Shown here: piece by piece, positions 35,749 to 48,679 of the stretch
Layout of the letters: each line of letters begins with the position of its first letter
How positions within the stretch are numbered: the first letter of the stretch is position 1
From: Heptranchias perlo
Lineage: Eukaryota
NCBI RefSeq assembly: GCF_035084215.1
Contig: NC_090331.1
Span: forward strand, 54,870,001-54,934,000
DNA: 64,000 bases
Direction of reading: 5' to 3'
Made by a program: the position numbers and the translations under genes
Notes under the pieces: generated by a model
Database searches by the model: none
What the model was told of the DNA's origin: nothing
What the model saw: the letters and a program-made list of their open reading frames with translations, nothing else

Positions 35749-38700
35749 TTGCGTCATGTTATATTGTAAATCGCTGTAAATGTAACACTGTTGTCTTTAT
35801 GTTCCTGTTTAAATTTAATATTCATTAAGCTTCCCTTATATAAAATCTTTCCAGCAAATCACATTCCACATTAAAGTATTACGAGGTTTTAATTAAGCTC
35901 CATCATTAGAACTGATTTAAGGAGGATTGTATGTAACATTTCTCCCATAAACAGCGTATAACTACGTTATTAAACATTAAAGTATCGTTTGGAGACTAAT
36001 CAGTCAGCCCACTTACTAGCTGCTATTAATACAAGCTTTCCTTTGCTAAAATTTGGCTCTGCGTGAGTTGAGTGTACCCTGATGATAACTGTGTTTGATA
36101 TTGCAATCTTTTCCTCTACATACCAGGACACTTTATAGTTCAAAGATTTCATAGCCGTTAATTCTAGTGTGTCTGTAGTCGTAATATTTTATGAGTTTTT
36201 TGTCATACCAGGGATCTTATGATACAGGTTTACAGACTTATAATTTTATTTGAGTACGCTGAAGTTAACAATTCTAGTATATCATACAGAACCTCTTGAT
36301 ACAATTAAGTTATTTTGTTTACTTGACATGTAATTCTTAGCGATTGGTGCAGTGTAGCCTTAATGGGTGGTTAATATGATAACCCGCTATCATTGGTTTT
36401 AATAAACATATTAATACAATCAACGTCAGGCTCGTGTGCAAATAAGAAATAAATGTTAAAGTGGCTTTGTAAATTTAACGCGTTTCCTGCATAACATTTT
36501 ACAATAGTTAAATATGTACATAAATACAAATGTACTGCAGTTATGCCTCCCTAAATAATGTTACGATAAGTAATGTTGCTTGTCTTTAATATGGCCGGTA
36601 CAATATGAGGACAAATAACTGGTACTAATAAATGGACGGCACAAGTCACGGCTACTGAGCAGCGAATTACTGAGCAGTGTTGAGTGAAAAAGAAAGACTT
36701 CATCGTGAAAACACTTTTGAGCTATGCCTTGCCTATTGTAAGATCAAGACATCTCGTCTTTCGAAGGTTATGTAATTTTCTGTTTTTATTTCAAATTTCT
36801 AGCATCCGGAGTATTTTGCTTTTATTTTATATGTAATTTTGGGATTGTAATTTGTATCCGAATACCAGTTTTGCATTATGCAGGCCATTAGGCGCTGAAA
36901 CTTCTCTCGTTCAAGGCTGCAAGAAGCATCTGTTGTCTGTAAATAGTGCAGCATCGGTTCTCGTCTGTATTACTTCCAAAGTCACTACCACTGAGTTATT
37001 TGCTGCGGATCGCTTTCAAGCAAAACTAGTTTGATTTTGTTCACTGTGAATCTGAATGCTGTTTACAATATAGGGAGGCATTGTGCAATAAAAAACACAC
37101 TGCTGCCTCTCGTTCAACAATTCATTGCTTATATACGCAACTCAGAGTTTGCTTATTGCCTACAACAGTAATTTAAGTATCTTATTATTCCAGGTATAGT
37201 CGTGCTATCTACATGTGTTTAATGAATTATATATTTTATTAATAGTAAAACAGTATTGGTGGATTGTATTTTATTTTGATTGGGATATAAACTACCTTAA
37301 TGTTTAGGTTGAGTAGACGTTAAGGTTTGCGGCTGCTGCGGATTGTTGACAGGAAATAGTAAAGAAGACATGACAAACACATAGCCTTTGAATACAATGT
37401 TGTATCGATATGTGTTTCTGTATTTTAACTCATGTTACACATACATGCGTCCAAGGTTCCAAAAGCCCCAATAAAACACCATTTTGTCCTTTGTACTACT
37501 ACTCTTGCCCTTGCCTGGAAAACTAGTTTTACATCAAAGCACGCCTACTCTCATTTGTAATTAAGAAAAGACGTTGAATAAATTAATATGAACTTTATCA
37601 ATAATGTATGATGGTCTCAACTGGGTGCATTATTTGCCCTGCTTTATCGTTCGTCTTTTTAGGTAATTTTTAAGATTTAGTAAAATTATTTTGTACGGAA
37701 AGAAAAATAGTTTAATAATCTTCAGAGCCAATTCTAGTGCCTTTTGGAAATCCTTTGCCAGGAAAAGTTTGGCTGTTATGAATGGGATTATGACTTATTT
37801 TAGAGAAATATAAGCACTCTAGGATCCAGATAATTGCGTTTCTCTACAAATACGTATTGGAAGCAATATTTCGTGTGGGTGAGATGTGCGACACAAGACG
37901 TTGTGAACGAAGTCATGTTCTGGCTTAGAGTAGCTGCTAGCATGGACCAAAAATAAAACTTAAAATAGAGGGGCGCCGAAAAGCTGATTGTAGGGATTTA
38001 GACTAGAAAATCTGTCAAATCACAAATAACGATTTGTAACAAGCAGTATATTATCCACTAAAAGGATAATGTCCATTTAAGTGTAACTTACACGTCCAAC
38101 AAATATTTATGCTTTGCTAATGTTCTGTGTATTTTCAATATTTGAGGAATTTTAAACGTTTCGTGCAAGACTAAAATTTACATAATTCTGAAATAATTTC
38201 CGAAAATTACATTTACATTGCAAAAAAAAAAGAAACGAGGCCCCCGTGATAGCCTTGACCCTGACACTGTCGCCTTCTCAGCTCTTCATGTTAAGTAAAA
38301 AGTCTCGTCAGTGTTGTGTGGATGCCAAATTGCTCCTCCGTAGTCCAATTGCTCCAATTGCTGCCCGTCGTTACTTGTTTTTTCTTAAACCCTAGCGGGT
38401 TCTCCCAATGGACGAACATAAACATATGCTGTTAAATGTCAAGTTGCCTTATGATACTCAGAAAGTTCGGAAAAGCTCTGGGAAATGGTTGCAGCACAAG
38501 AATACAACTCCATCAGCCAAGCTGAGGACCTGAAAACAACAAGCACCACCACTGCTAGCGTTGGAAAGCAGGCGGACATGCTGTGTGTCTTTCAATTGTC
38601 TTTCACGATGTTTTGACTATCGAGTGCGGAAACATTTCCGGCCTATTTTGGAGAATGTTCCTATTGATTATCAACGAGGAAACCACCCACCTACAGCAGG

Positions 38701-40104
38701 GAGATGCGTTAGGACCCCAACGTTAAGGGAGATTTTTCTGGATAAGGTAATTATCTCTCAACACCAATAATCTTTATTAAAGGTCAAACCCCAGAATTAA
38801 TGGCAAGAATCGCAAATGCGGCTCTCCCTCAGCCACAGTCTTAAATCTTGGAAGTTGTCCGTACAAATGTTCGAACGCAACAACAGTATAGAAGTGGGTG
38901 AAATCACCATCTGTATGTCTGCATTCTAACTACTATAGATATTTTTGTAATGGAAAGAATAGGCGTTCACTGCACAGGGCGACACGCAATGGTGAGGTAG
39001 CTTACAATATTTCAAAATGCGACCTTTGTTATGGGCACTCGTAGCGATTAATTTTACTCATGAAGATTGAGTTGATTGCACAATAAAATACTTTAACCTA
39101 TTTGCAGCCATAGCATAGAGTATAATTTAGTTCTATAAGAGCAAAAAAAATTACCAAGAATCACGAATACCGATAAGACTGTCTCCATAATTACAAATCA
39201 CAATACCCAGCTTTTATATCCTGACCACAAACTCGGCAAATGACTCTTTATAGGTCGGATAAAAATGTGAATGACACACTTGTTAAAATTATCTGTGTGC
39301 GTCTCTAGTTCACCAGCAAATATGTCAATACATCCCAACAATCTTAAGCGTCTAAAACTGATTTATGACGAGAGCTTTTCTATAATGTATTGGTCCTAAA
39401 ATATCAACAGAATTTGGCAAGATTTTGATTGCATTCATTGATTTCATAAAACGTTTGTTTTATGTCAAATAAAAGTGACTGGCCTGACTCGTTATACATA
39501 TAAATGACGTAATTTGTAAAGTGCACACAATGGATTGCCCCTTCGCAGCGCCGGAATTCCCGAAGCTACAAAGACAACCCAGAACATAAACCTGGTTTGC
39601 ATTGTTTCATTTCACCGACGTTTTCCATTATATCAATAACAACCTTTACAATTCCCGATGGTCGGAAATTGCTGAGATTTTTTTTTCTTCGATCGATTTC
39701 CCTTTTGTTTTATCAAAAAACGCTCATTGCATTTTGGCAAAAAGAATAAAAACCGAGTGCTAATTATTTCCCTGTTGATAGCTGGGGTGAGATTGCATAG
39801 TATAAAGTATGAATGTGTTGAGGGTTTTGAGTTGGGGTCTGTACGGGGATTGCAGTGAGCTGGAGCGGACGCCACTTTGGAATTGGTCTTGTAGGTGTCG
39901 CTGTTGTCCACAGTTAAACTCAAATTCAACTGACTGCGGATCATGTGATGTGCGGGGAGGTAGTGCCTCAAGGCCATTTTCAAATTCCATTGGCTCAGTA
40001 GTCATGTGGTTGTACAGAGGCATCCACAATTACACAGGGAATGTTTTGTTAGAGATGTCAGCTTACAAAGGACATCATCTGCCTTCTTCAAATTACTCTC
40101 CAAA

Positions 40105-40843
40105 ATGTCCTGTCCCAACAGCTCTCCCGCTACTAACTCGTTTTTAGTAGATTCCCTGATTAGTGCTTGTAGGGGTGACAGCTTCTATTCAAACAGCTCC
40201 ATGTACATGCCATCCAGCACGGATATGGGAACTTACGGAATGCAGACCTGTGGATTGCTCCCGACCATGACTAAACGAGGAGAGGTTAGCCATCAAAATA
40301 TGAACATGAGCGTTCATCCGTATTTATCTCAGGTAGATGGTTGGGCTGACCCTTCAAGACCATGCCGAATTGAACAACCTGTTACTCCACATATGCCCAC
40401 GTGCTCCTTTCCTGCTAGCATAAAGGAAGAAAGCACTTGCTGCATGTATAATTCTGATAAACGGGCTAAACTCAATCCTACAGAAATTCCCGCCTATCCC
40501 AGGCTGGTCTCCGAAACCTGTTCCATTGAGAATCCTGAGATTCCCATCCCGGGATATTTCAGACTCTGTCAGGCTTACCCATTGGAGAAAAGCCTGGACT
40601 ATAATCATGCTGGGGAGGTCAGTTCAAATGTAATGCCGCAGTCAAACCTGGGGTTTATCAGTAAACTCCAGGTATCCAGCCAGTCTCCAGTGGAAAGGAA
40701 AATAAACGAGAAGCCAAACGCACAGGAATCCACTAAGGGAATATATATGGAAAGTCCTGAGCCAAAGCCGAGTATATTGGAGGCCAATGCAACCGCTGCA
40801 GAAGCCGAGTCTAGCTCGGAACTATCGGACAAAGAGGCTAAAG
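40105..40843 (+). CDS. hoxd10: Homeobox protein HoxD10, exon 1
   Basis: [23 protein letters not shown]...[10 protein letters not shown]...IKEES...PIPGYFRL; donor AAAG|gtgagc, phase 1. Spliced product about 336 aa. Confidence 0.94.
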
Positions 40844-42043
40844 GTGAGCAGTTAAAAGATTTAATGTGAACATGGCAGCATCGTAAAGCTTATACAAAAG
40901 CTTGCATAGTCACTGCAATACGTATCTTTATCGTGGCAATATATTTGGCAAGTTATGTGTACTTCTGGTCACCTAAATTTTTTAAAAAGGCAAGAAAAGT
41001 CTGTATAACATGGCATAAAATGACAGTTTTCTTTAATTACAATGAGTTGTTGGGAAATTTGCTCAGTAATGCCATGTCATTGTTGATGACATAGTAAAGA
41101 CTAGTAAACCATTTACAGATGTCAGCATAACATTGATAGTTTCATCTTAGCGTTGATGTATGTCATATAATACGAGACCTATGGTATTGTATGAACCTTT
41201 CGGTGCCATACACGACATGTATAAGTATATATTTAGCACAATGGGAAAGCTCAGTCCTATCCGCTGTATTGTGGAAAGTAAGCTACTTCCATCATTTGCT
41301 GACTTGGAAATATTGAGTGGGAGAGGGCTGGTCGCAGTTAAAATTGTCGCTTCCCCGGGAATAGTTAATGTTGAAAATGTAAGGTATTGCTATAAGCTGT
41401 GATAAGAGTTCCATTTGAATACTGTGAAATATTGCTAGTCACATATAATCATAAATTCCAATTAAACTGCGCTATAAGAGGCAGCGATAGTAAGTTTAAT
41501 ACTCTAAGATTTACCTCCGGAATTATTTTCACTGTCAGGATTATATAATCATTGAATTTAGTTATGAAGTTGAAAAACGACCTATGTGAAAAACCTATTG
41601 GTGCATTGCAACCTAAAGCTTTATATTCCGTTCACAAGTAATAACATTACCTACTAATCATCCATCTAGTATTATCAAATTGTATGCTTTGCGTGTTCTC
41701 ATCCTACATTACTTTGGCTTTTTTGACAATTCGCTAGCAAACCTGAGCCAAAATGTGCAAAATAATAAAACAACGTATTGTATAATAATATTTGCCAATC
41801 TCTAAATTCATTTTTTAGTTTTCTTAATCTATTACGCAATTTTCTCTTTGAGTTACGCCAATTTGTGTGTATATGTGTTATGACTATTTGCCAACAATTT
41901 GAGAACATGTATTAGGTTGCTGCAGTCTGTGTATAACTTACGGTGTCAGTTTTGTGTTTAACAGCACCATCTGGGCTGGTTTGAAGTACAGTGTGTCAGA
42001 GACATGTTTGCTGAAATCTCATTCCATTTCTTACTTCTGATAG

Positions 42044-42315
42044 AAGAGATCAAAACTCCGATAAACAACTGGCTAACAGCAAAGAGTGGAAGGAAGAAGA
42101 GATGTCCTTATACAAAACATCAAACACTGGAATTAGAGAAAGAATTTTTATTTAATATGTATCTGACTCGTGAGCGCCGTCTAGAGATAAGTAAGAGCGT
42201 GAATCTGACCGACAGGCAAGTCAAGATCTGGTTTCAAAATCGCAGAATGAAGCTGAAGAAAATGAGCAGAGAAAACCGAATTCGAGAACTGACCACAAAT
42301 CTGACCTTCTCGTGA
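42044..42315 (+). CDS. hoxd10: Homeobox protein HoxD10, exon 2
   Basis: Acceptor ctgatag|; encodes [90 protein letters not shown]. Confidence 0.96.
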
Positions 42316-45300
42316 ACGTCGAACCGGATCCCAACGTGATCCAACACATTTGATACTATAGTTGTTTACTGGGGACTGTGGAATCGTTCTGTTTATCCAC
42401 TCTGGGATACAATATTGTCGATTATTCTGATTTGACCCTTTTAGTGTTATGGTTGTCTGAAAGTACAATAGCACGTTTACCGTAGCAAGAAATTTTCTAA
42501 AAATGTGTTCTATTTAACACAGGACTAATTATTTACTTTGTATAGTAAGTAGGTCTTAAGTTATTTGACATGCTACAGTTATTCGTGCCATTTGGGAGAA
42601 GTTTACTGTATATCAGAACATCAAATTTAACAAAATTACGGTATGCAGTAAAAGGACATTTATTTTGCAACTGCACAGCAGATGGGACAATAATATTAAC
42701 AATTTATTAGAAGCACACGATTTGATTTGTTAATTACAGAGTTACACTTACACAATGGTCCCATAAAGTAGTGTTTAAATAATTAGGTCTGTACAAGAAA
42801 CCCTTTAGGTTCATTTCTGGAGTGTGTGATGGAGTCGTAATGCAAATTTTCATGTGTATTTATATGCATGTGTCTGTTGCACGTATATGTATATAAATAT
42901 AAATATAAATAATAAATCCTAAATTATATTTCCATTTCTTCAATCCTTTTTACAACTTGGGAAGTCTTCGCCAATGGCCATAGGCGAATTTGCTAAATTT
43001 CTCGTGGCAATTCAATCCAAATGATTTAACAACGGTAAAAAATAATGCTTTTCACAATACTTCAATGGTTCAATAAACTAAACGTAATAATGTAAGATAG
43101 ATATTAATTAGAATTCCTTTCCTAATACTTCAGAACAGTAATTTGCGCCGTTGGAATCTCAAGTGGCAAACATAAATCGGCAGGGTAGTTTTCTCTAAAT
43201 GTGTTAGATTCTAAATTAAACCAAACGGCGGAATTTGACCGGACAATGCGTCCAGTCTGGTACAAGGCACAGAGTTTGTAAATGTACGCATTTATTTATC
43301 AAATTATTATTTATTGCGTTGGTAGGATTCTATTTTTGTAAAAAGCATGCATAACGTACTGGCTCAAGAAACACGCTCAGATAGATAAACACTTATTTAT
43401 GCTTTGTCTCCTCGGTGCAGATGTGTGTATCAATAAAAATATATGAGTTTGCTTTATGTTTATTAGTATAAACCCTCTACTGGGGCATAAGTTGGTAGTA
43501 TCTAAAGTAACGATTTGAATTTGCAATGTTAAAAGTTAAAGTTTGCTATAGAAATATACACGGACAGTAATAATCCACTTTATTAACTAAAAGGCGGTCA
43601 CGGTTAGGTACTTCAATTATTTCTTTATTTGAGTTTGACTTTAACCACAGTATCAAAAGCACTTTTATTAGTGCGTCTTTGATGTTAATAAACATACTTG
43701 ACACATCTAGGACTAGTGTATTCCGACGAGTTCAATGCAAATAATAATTGCTATGCTCACGTGTTATTATCCGGTATCAAACATTGTGAGAAAACTTAGT
43801 TGCAGTCAGGGTCAAACATCATGAATTTAATGTTCGTTTCTTTTAAGGATGCCCAGCTGTATCTTGTAAATGTCAACCGCGACAATAAAAAAGGAATAAT
43901 TTTAGTAACATGATTAGGTTTTTGATATTCTTAACACACAAGGCGACGAATTTCGCTTAGTTTCGTCATATTTCTTAAAGTGCGTTAATAGTATAGAATT
44001 CTTCAATCTAAGTTTCGTAGATACAAAAGCAAATCAAAGCAATGTAAATATAGAATGGACAGAAAGGTACTGTCGGATAATGGTTTAACTCGATTTTTTG
44101 ATGGAGAAGCTTCAATCCAATTAATAAACAGTTTCAACACTCAAGTTAACATTTGTATTCACAGATATAGACCATTTCAAAATCTGCCGGAATCCTAGTC
44201 GTTGCCCTTGAATGTTACAGAACAGCATAAATAAAAGCAGACAAAGAGACACATATCTAAAATACACAATAGTAACAAAGTACAGGATACTTACATTTAA
44301 ACCAAAATTACTAAAATCTTTCGATAACAGTTTAGTGCCACAAACATTATAAAGTTGTTAAATTAAATTAAGCAGCTTTTCTGCATGTCTGTCGTGTTCA
44401 TAAGACTTAAAAATAGAAAAAAAGACGTGAAACACTTACAATTACGGAGTATACAACGGCATTAAGAAAACATTTGTAAGAAATGAAACCAAATGAAACA
44501 CACCAGCTGAATCAAGTCCAAGTTTGAAACAAAGTATTGTTTTTACACAATCCGAAACACAAACCGAAACCTTGCAGCGGCTATCATTATATTTGTTTCG
44601 ATTTACATTCCCAGTAATACTAAATAGAATTTATTCTCGCTCAGATTAGTCTACACGAGAAAACAGGAAAAAATGAGTCTTCTCAATTTGTTTTTAACAA
44701 CTGACATTCTTTATACAAATAAGAAAATAAATAAAATTAGTTTTAATTAGTAGGTTTAAGTTTATTAACCTGTGGAATTAGTTATTTTCCCTACATAACA
44801 ATTATAATATTGGAACTGATTCACCTAATAGAGTTTTGTAGAACCCTGATCTGTATAAATGTTTAAACTATTTAAAAGTACTGCTTTTTCTCTATTATAT
44901 AACAGCACTTAGAAGAAACACAATGCTTTATCATTAATGCACTATTTATCACGTATTTAAGTAGCAACGCCTTTTCTGGTTTAATTTAGGAGGTTTGATT
45001 GTCAATCTTAACTATTTTATCTCTTTAGAAAAGAAAGTTTTGCTTGAAGTGCTGTAAAATGGCAGCCAATGAACATACTCTCCGACGACATTCTTTATAC
45101 GAAATGCGGTGAACCTTAAAAACCTGAATGTTGTAGAAATTTAATTTTATTTAAGTTTTATTTTAAATAACCTTAAAGGGAAAAATGAACCCCACGTTTT
45201 TGTTCAGATATAGCAATCGCAGCACCTAACTGTAACTTATGTTTCATTCCTTCGTCTTAAAGTACCTAACACCCAGGAAAGGAACACGCCGTATTTTTCT

Positions 45301-47038
45301 TTTGTAAATGACATTAAACTGCAACACTGAATTTATTCTTATCCCTTCAACATAACAAAAACTGACATCTTGCGAAAAACGTCCGATTAATTAGTAGCCA
45401 CAACGTGCGTGATTGCCTGTTATCTAAATACTGCAAGATTATTATTATTTGCATAATCTTAAATGCAGGATGAAGTGTAATAACTTGGTAAAATAGAAAA
45501 CAAGGTTTGGTGTTTAATGGTTACAAATTGATTAAATAAAATGTCTTGATTGCACTAAGATGTAGTAATGTGAGGCAATAATATATAACGGTTCACACTG
45601 GAGCAAAATTGAGTTGAATGGTTATTGACGTGCCTTTTCTTTCAGCTTTGCTAATCTTTAGATTCTGCCCTCTCGCCTTGATCCAAGAAGCAGTGTTTTT
45701 TTCTCGTTAATAAAGAGAAAAATATAAATAATAACGCCTCTGCCCATAAACATGCAAGAAAAAAGGGAAGATAAGAATAACGCGCATTTAAAAAGCTAAA
45801 ATGTGTTTTCTTTTCTGAAACCTCCATGAGGTGGACTCAGTTAATGCCTGTAAACTTATCATGGTGAATGCCAAGATTACAGCACCGTTCTTGACCATTC
45901 AAAAGAAAAAAAAATCTTTTGAAAGTGAAAAATAAAGTGGAATTAACCCAGAAATGCGACGATTTTTTAAAAATGTAAAACTAAATTTATTCCCTTCATC
46001 ACAAACGAAGTTTGCCTGATTCGTATCATGGTGGACGGTCACTCAATGTGTTATCTGAAGAAACACGCAGTCTCCCTGCAGCTGTTTAATGGCTATCATC
46101 TTTAAAAACTCGGAATGAACTCAATCTTCTCGACCTTTACTCATAGACTCACTGCAATTCCTCCATTGTATCGCCATAGCACTGAAACATGGCAGTGGAG
46201 CTGGTGATGCGTTTATGTTCCAAACAGCGGGTACATTCTCCTCTTTTGTATACGATGGTACACTGAACTGCCATTAACAGGCTGTGTACGAGAAACATAT
46301 TTATTGGCGGGAGTACTTCTACCTTTGTGGGAATCTTTAGGCGTCCAATGTTGGTTAAACATACTTTACTATGCCAAAAGAGGTCTGTTTTATTAAAGAC
46401 ACATTAATGTATAATCAAATGCACCTCATAAAAAATTTATTGATAGACATAAAAGCATTTATGGTGGCTTCTGAGTACAGACTATAAAGCGGGCGAGGAA
46501 CCGTTTACTTCAAAATGTGGCAATATTTAAAACAAATTAAAATATTAGTCGAAGATTCGAAGAGGGGAAAATAAAATCAGCACGTTCGTGTACTCAAGGT
46601 TTTTTTAAAAAAAGCTCAAATCTTTCATTTTACAACATGTCGTTTTACTCCCTTTATGGGGAGTCGCTAGTCAATGATCTGTAAACGCTCTTTTCTAAAT
46701 AGGGTTACAATATAGAAACACCAACGTACCTCGAAGGTGTTTTCTTGCCGCTTTATTGCACTAAGCTAACAGATATTTGCTCTTGACATAGATCATGGAC
46801 TACGCACTGCTGATTATGAAATGAGTGACAGACATTAATTAGCTTACGGGGAAAATAGTCCCCTGTTTCTCCAGAAGCTTTTTTTTAACTGCATTTGGAG
46901 AGGTTTCTCCCTTGGCTCCAGCAGGATGTTTCCAACGGTCTTGATCAAGTGATTTTTGTTTTGCCCATTGATAATGTATTTTTAAAATTTCTCATAAAGC
47001 TGGGCTAGGCCTATTTGTGGTCACACTGATGAGCGGAT

Positions 47039-47090
47039 TGATTTACTTGCTGTATTGGTAAATACAATCACGTGAGCCGCGCAACCAATA
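47039..47090 (+). promoter_or_regulatory. HoxD9 proximal promoter (Pbx/Hox site, CCAAT, E-box, CCAAT)
   Basis: TGATTTAC at 47039, ATTGG at 47054, CACGTG at 47069, CCAAT at 47085. Confidence 0.6.
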
Positions 47091-47189
47091 GCTGCAGCTG
47101 TAGTCGGCAAAATACTATGATTGTTCTGAGTGAAGGTATCAGATACACTTTCCAGTGTAACCTTTTCTATGAAAGCGAGAGAGCCTAAA

Positions 47190-47745
47190 ATGTCGACCGG
47201 TGGCACTCTACACAATTATTATGTTGACTCTTTGATAGGACAGGAGACAGAGGACTTATACGCGGCTAGATATGCCCAAGGATCACACAGCACAGCCTCA
47301 AGGCCATCAGGTGTAGCAGACAGTTCAGATTTCTCTTCCTGCAATTTTACCCCTAAGTCAACCGTATTTTCTAATCCCTGGTCTCCCGTTCATCCTCAAT
47401 CCTCTGCCGCCGTTGCAGGGATCTATCACCCTTACATGCATCAATCGCATCTTGCAGCTGGAGACACCAGATACGTGCGCTCATGGTTAGAACCACTTTC
47501 CACTTCAGTCTCTTTCCCCGGATTCCATCCCAACGGCCGGCATTACGGGATCAAGCCAGAAACTTTATCAACCAAGAGGACTGAGTGTTCTTCCTATGAG
47601 CTGCAAACCCTCAGCCTGCCAGAATTCACGTGCGGCTCCTACCCAGAGAGCAGGGAGAAGCTTTCCAAGGAGCTTGGCTGCACCAGCTCCGAGACTACGA
47701 GCAACAGTGAGCACAAGGAGGAGAAACAACAGCAACTTGACCCAA
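47190..47745 (+). CDS. hoxd9: Homeobox protein HoxD9, exon 1
   Basis: MSTGGTLHNYYVDSLIG...RYVRSWLEP...GRHYGIKPE...QQLDP; donor CCAA|gtaagt, phase 1. An in-frame upstream ATG exists at 47169. Confidence 0.93.
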
Positions 47746-48437
47746 GTAAGTACAAAAATTGCAGCTTGATTTACAACCCGAACCTGTAGACCCAAGTGTG
47801 CAAAGCTGATGGTTTTACAAACCTATAAAAATGTCTAGACGCCTACCCAAGTCTGAAAAGCCACAGTCAGCAGTAAAACATTTATATTGTTTACACGGAA
47901 TTTTTACACACAAATTTGTGTCTGACAAAACTATAAAACATTGAATTTTTTTCCAATTAGAATAAGATTTTATTTGTCAAAAGAATAATAATGCAAACAC
48001 TTACATGATATAATTTATTAAATATCTCCTTCACACATCCGTGGTATTAGTAAATAGTAATATACAGCAATCTTAGTTGTTTTAAAGTTGATGCAATCCT
48101 TCTCACTGAATTTTACAGGCCTATCTGAAAATCGAAGGCAGAGTACATTGTTCTCATTTAAACATTTGTCACCACTTTTTCCATCTTTGTGTCAACGATT
48201 TTTTTCTATTGGGTAACAACCGATCTCAAAACAAACCCAAACATACAGAAACCGCATGCTGCTTCCATTTCTTAATATATTAAATCGCCCTGAACTTGAC
48301 AAGCACCCAGTGGAGAAAGAGCACTGCATCTTTGAGTAATATTATTGCGTATATGCGAATTCTTGAAGGTGGTGGCTGAAATTCCAGGGAAAATATTCAG
48401 GAGATGTTCAGATTTTAATTCTTGTTTTTCCTTCCAG

Positions 48438-48679
48438 ATCACCCTGCAATAAACTGGATCCACGCTCGATCTACCAGGAAGAAACGTTGCCCTTACACCA
48501 AGTACCAGACGCTTGAATTAGAAAAGGAGTTTTTATTTAATATGTATCTTACCAGAGACCGGCGTTATGAAGTTGCTAGAATTTTAAATCTTACCGAGCG
48601 GCAGGTAAAGATTTGGTTTCAGAACAGAAGAATGAAAATGAAAAAGATGAACAAGGTGAAAAATAATGAAGAGCCTTAA
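48438..48679 (+). CDS. hoxd9: Homeobox protein HoxD9, exon 2
   Basis: Acceptor ccttccag|; encodes (N)[72 protein letters not shown]. Confidence 0.96.

Noticed and set aside
41960-41980. CTCF-like motifs in the HoxD10 intron and at about 9331, 26765, 28668, 37965 and 45663
   Set aside because: Each has several core mismatches or wrong spacing; not supportable without ChIP data.
42316-47189. miR-196 gene at its usual position between Hox10 and Hox9
   Set aside because: No TAGGTAGTTTC...-containing hairpin found by eye; consistent with HoxD lacking miR-196. A highly decayed relic cannot be excluded.
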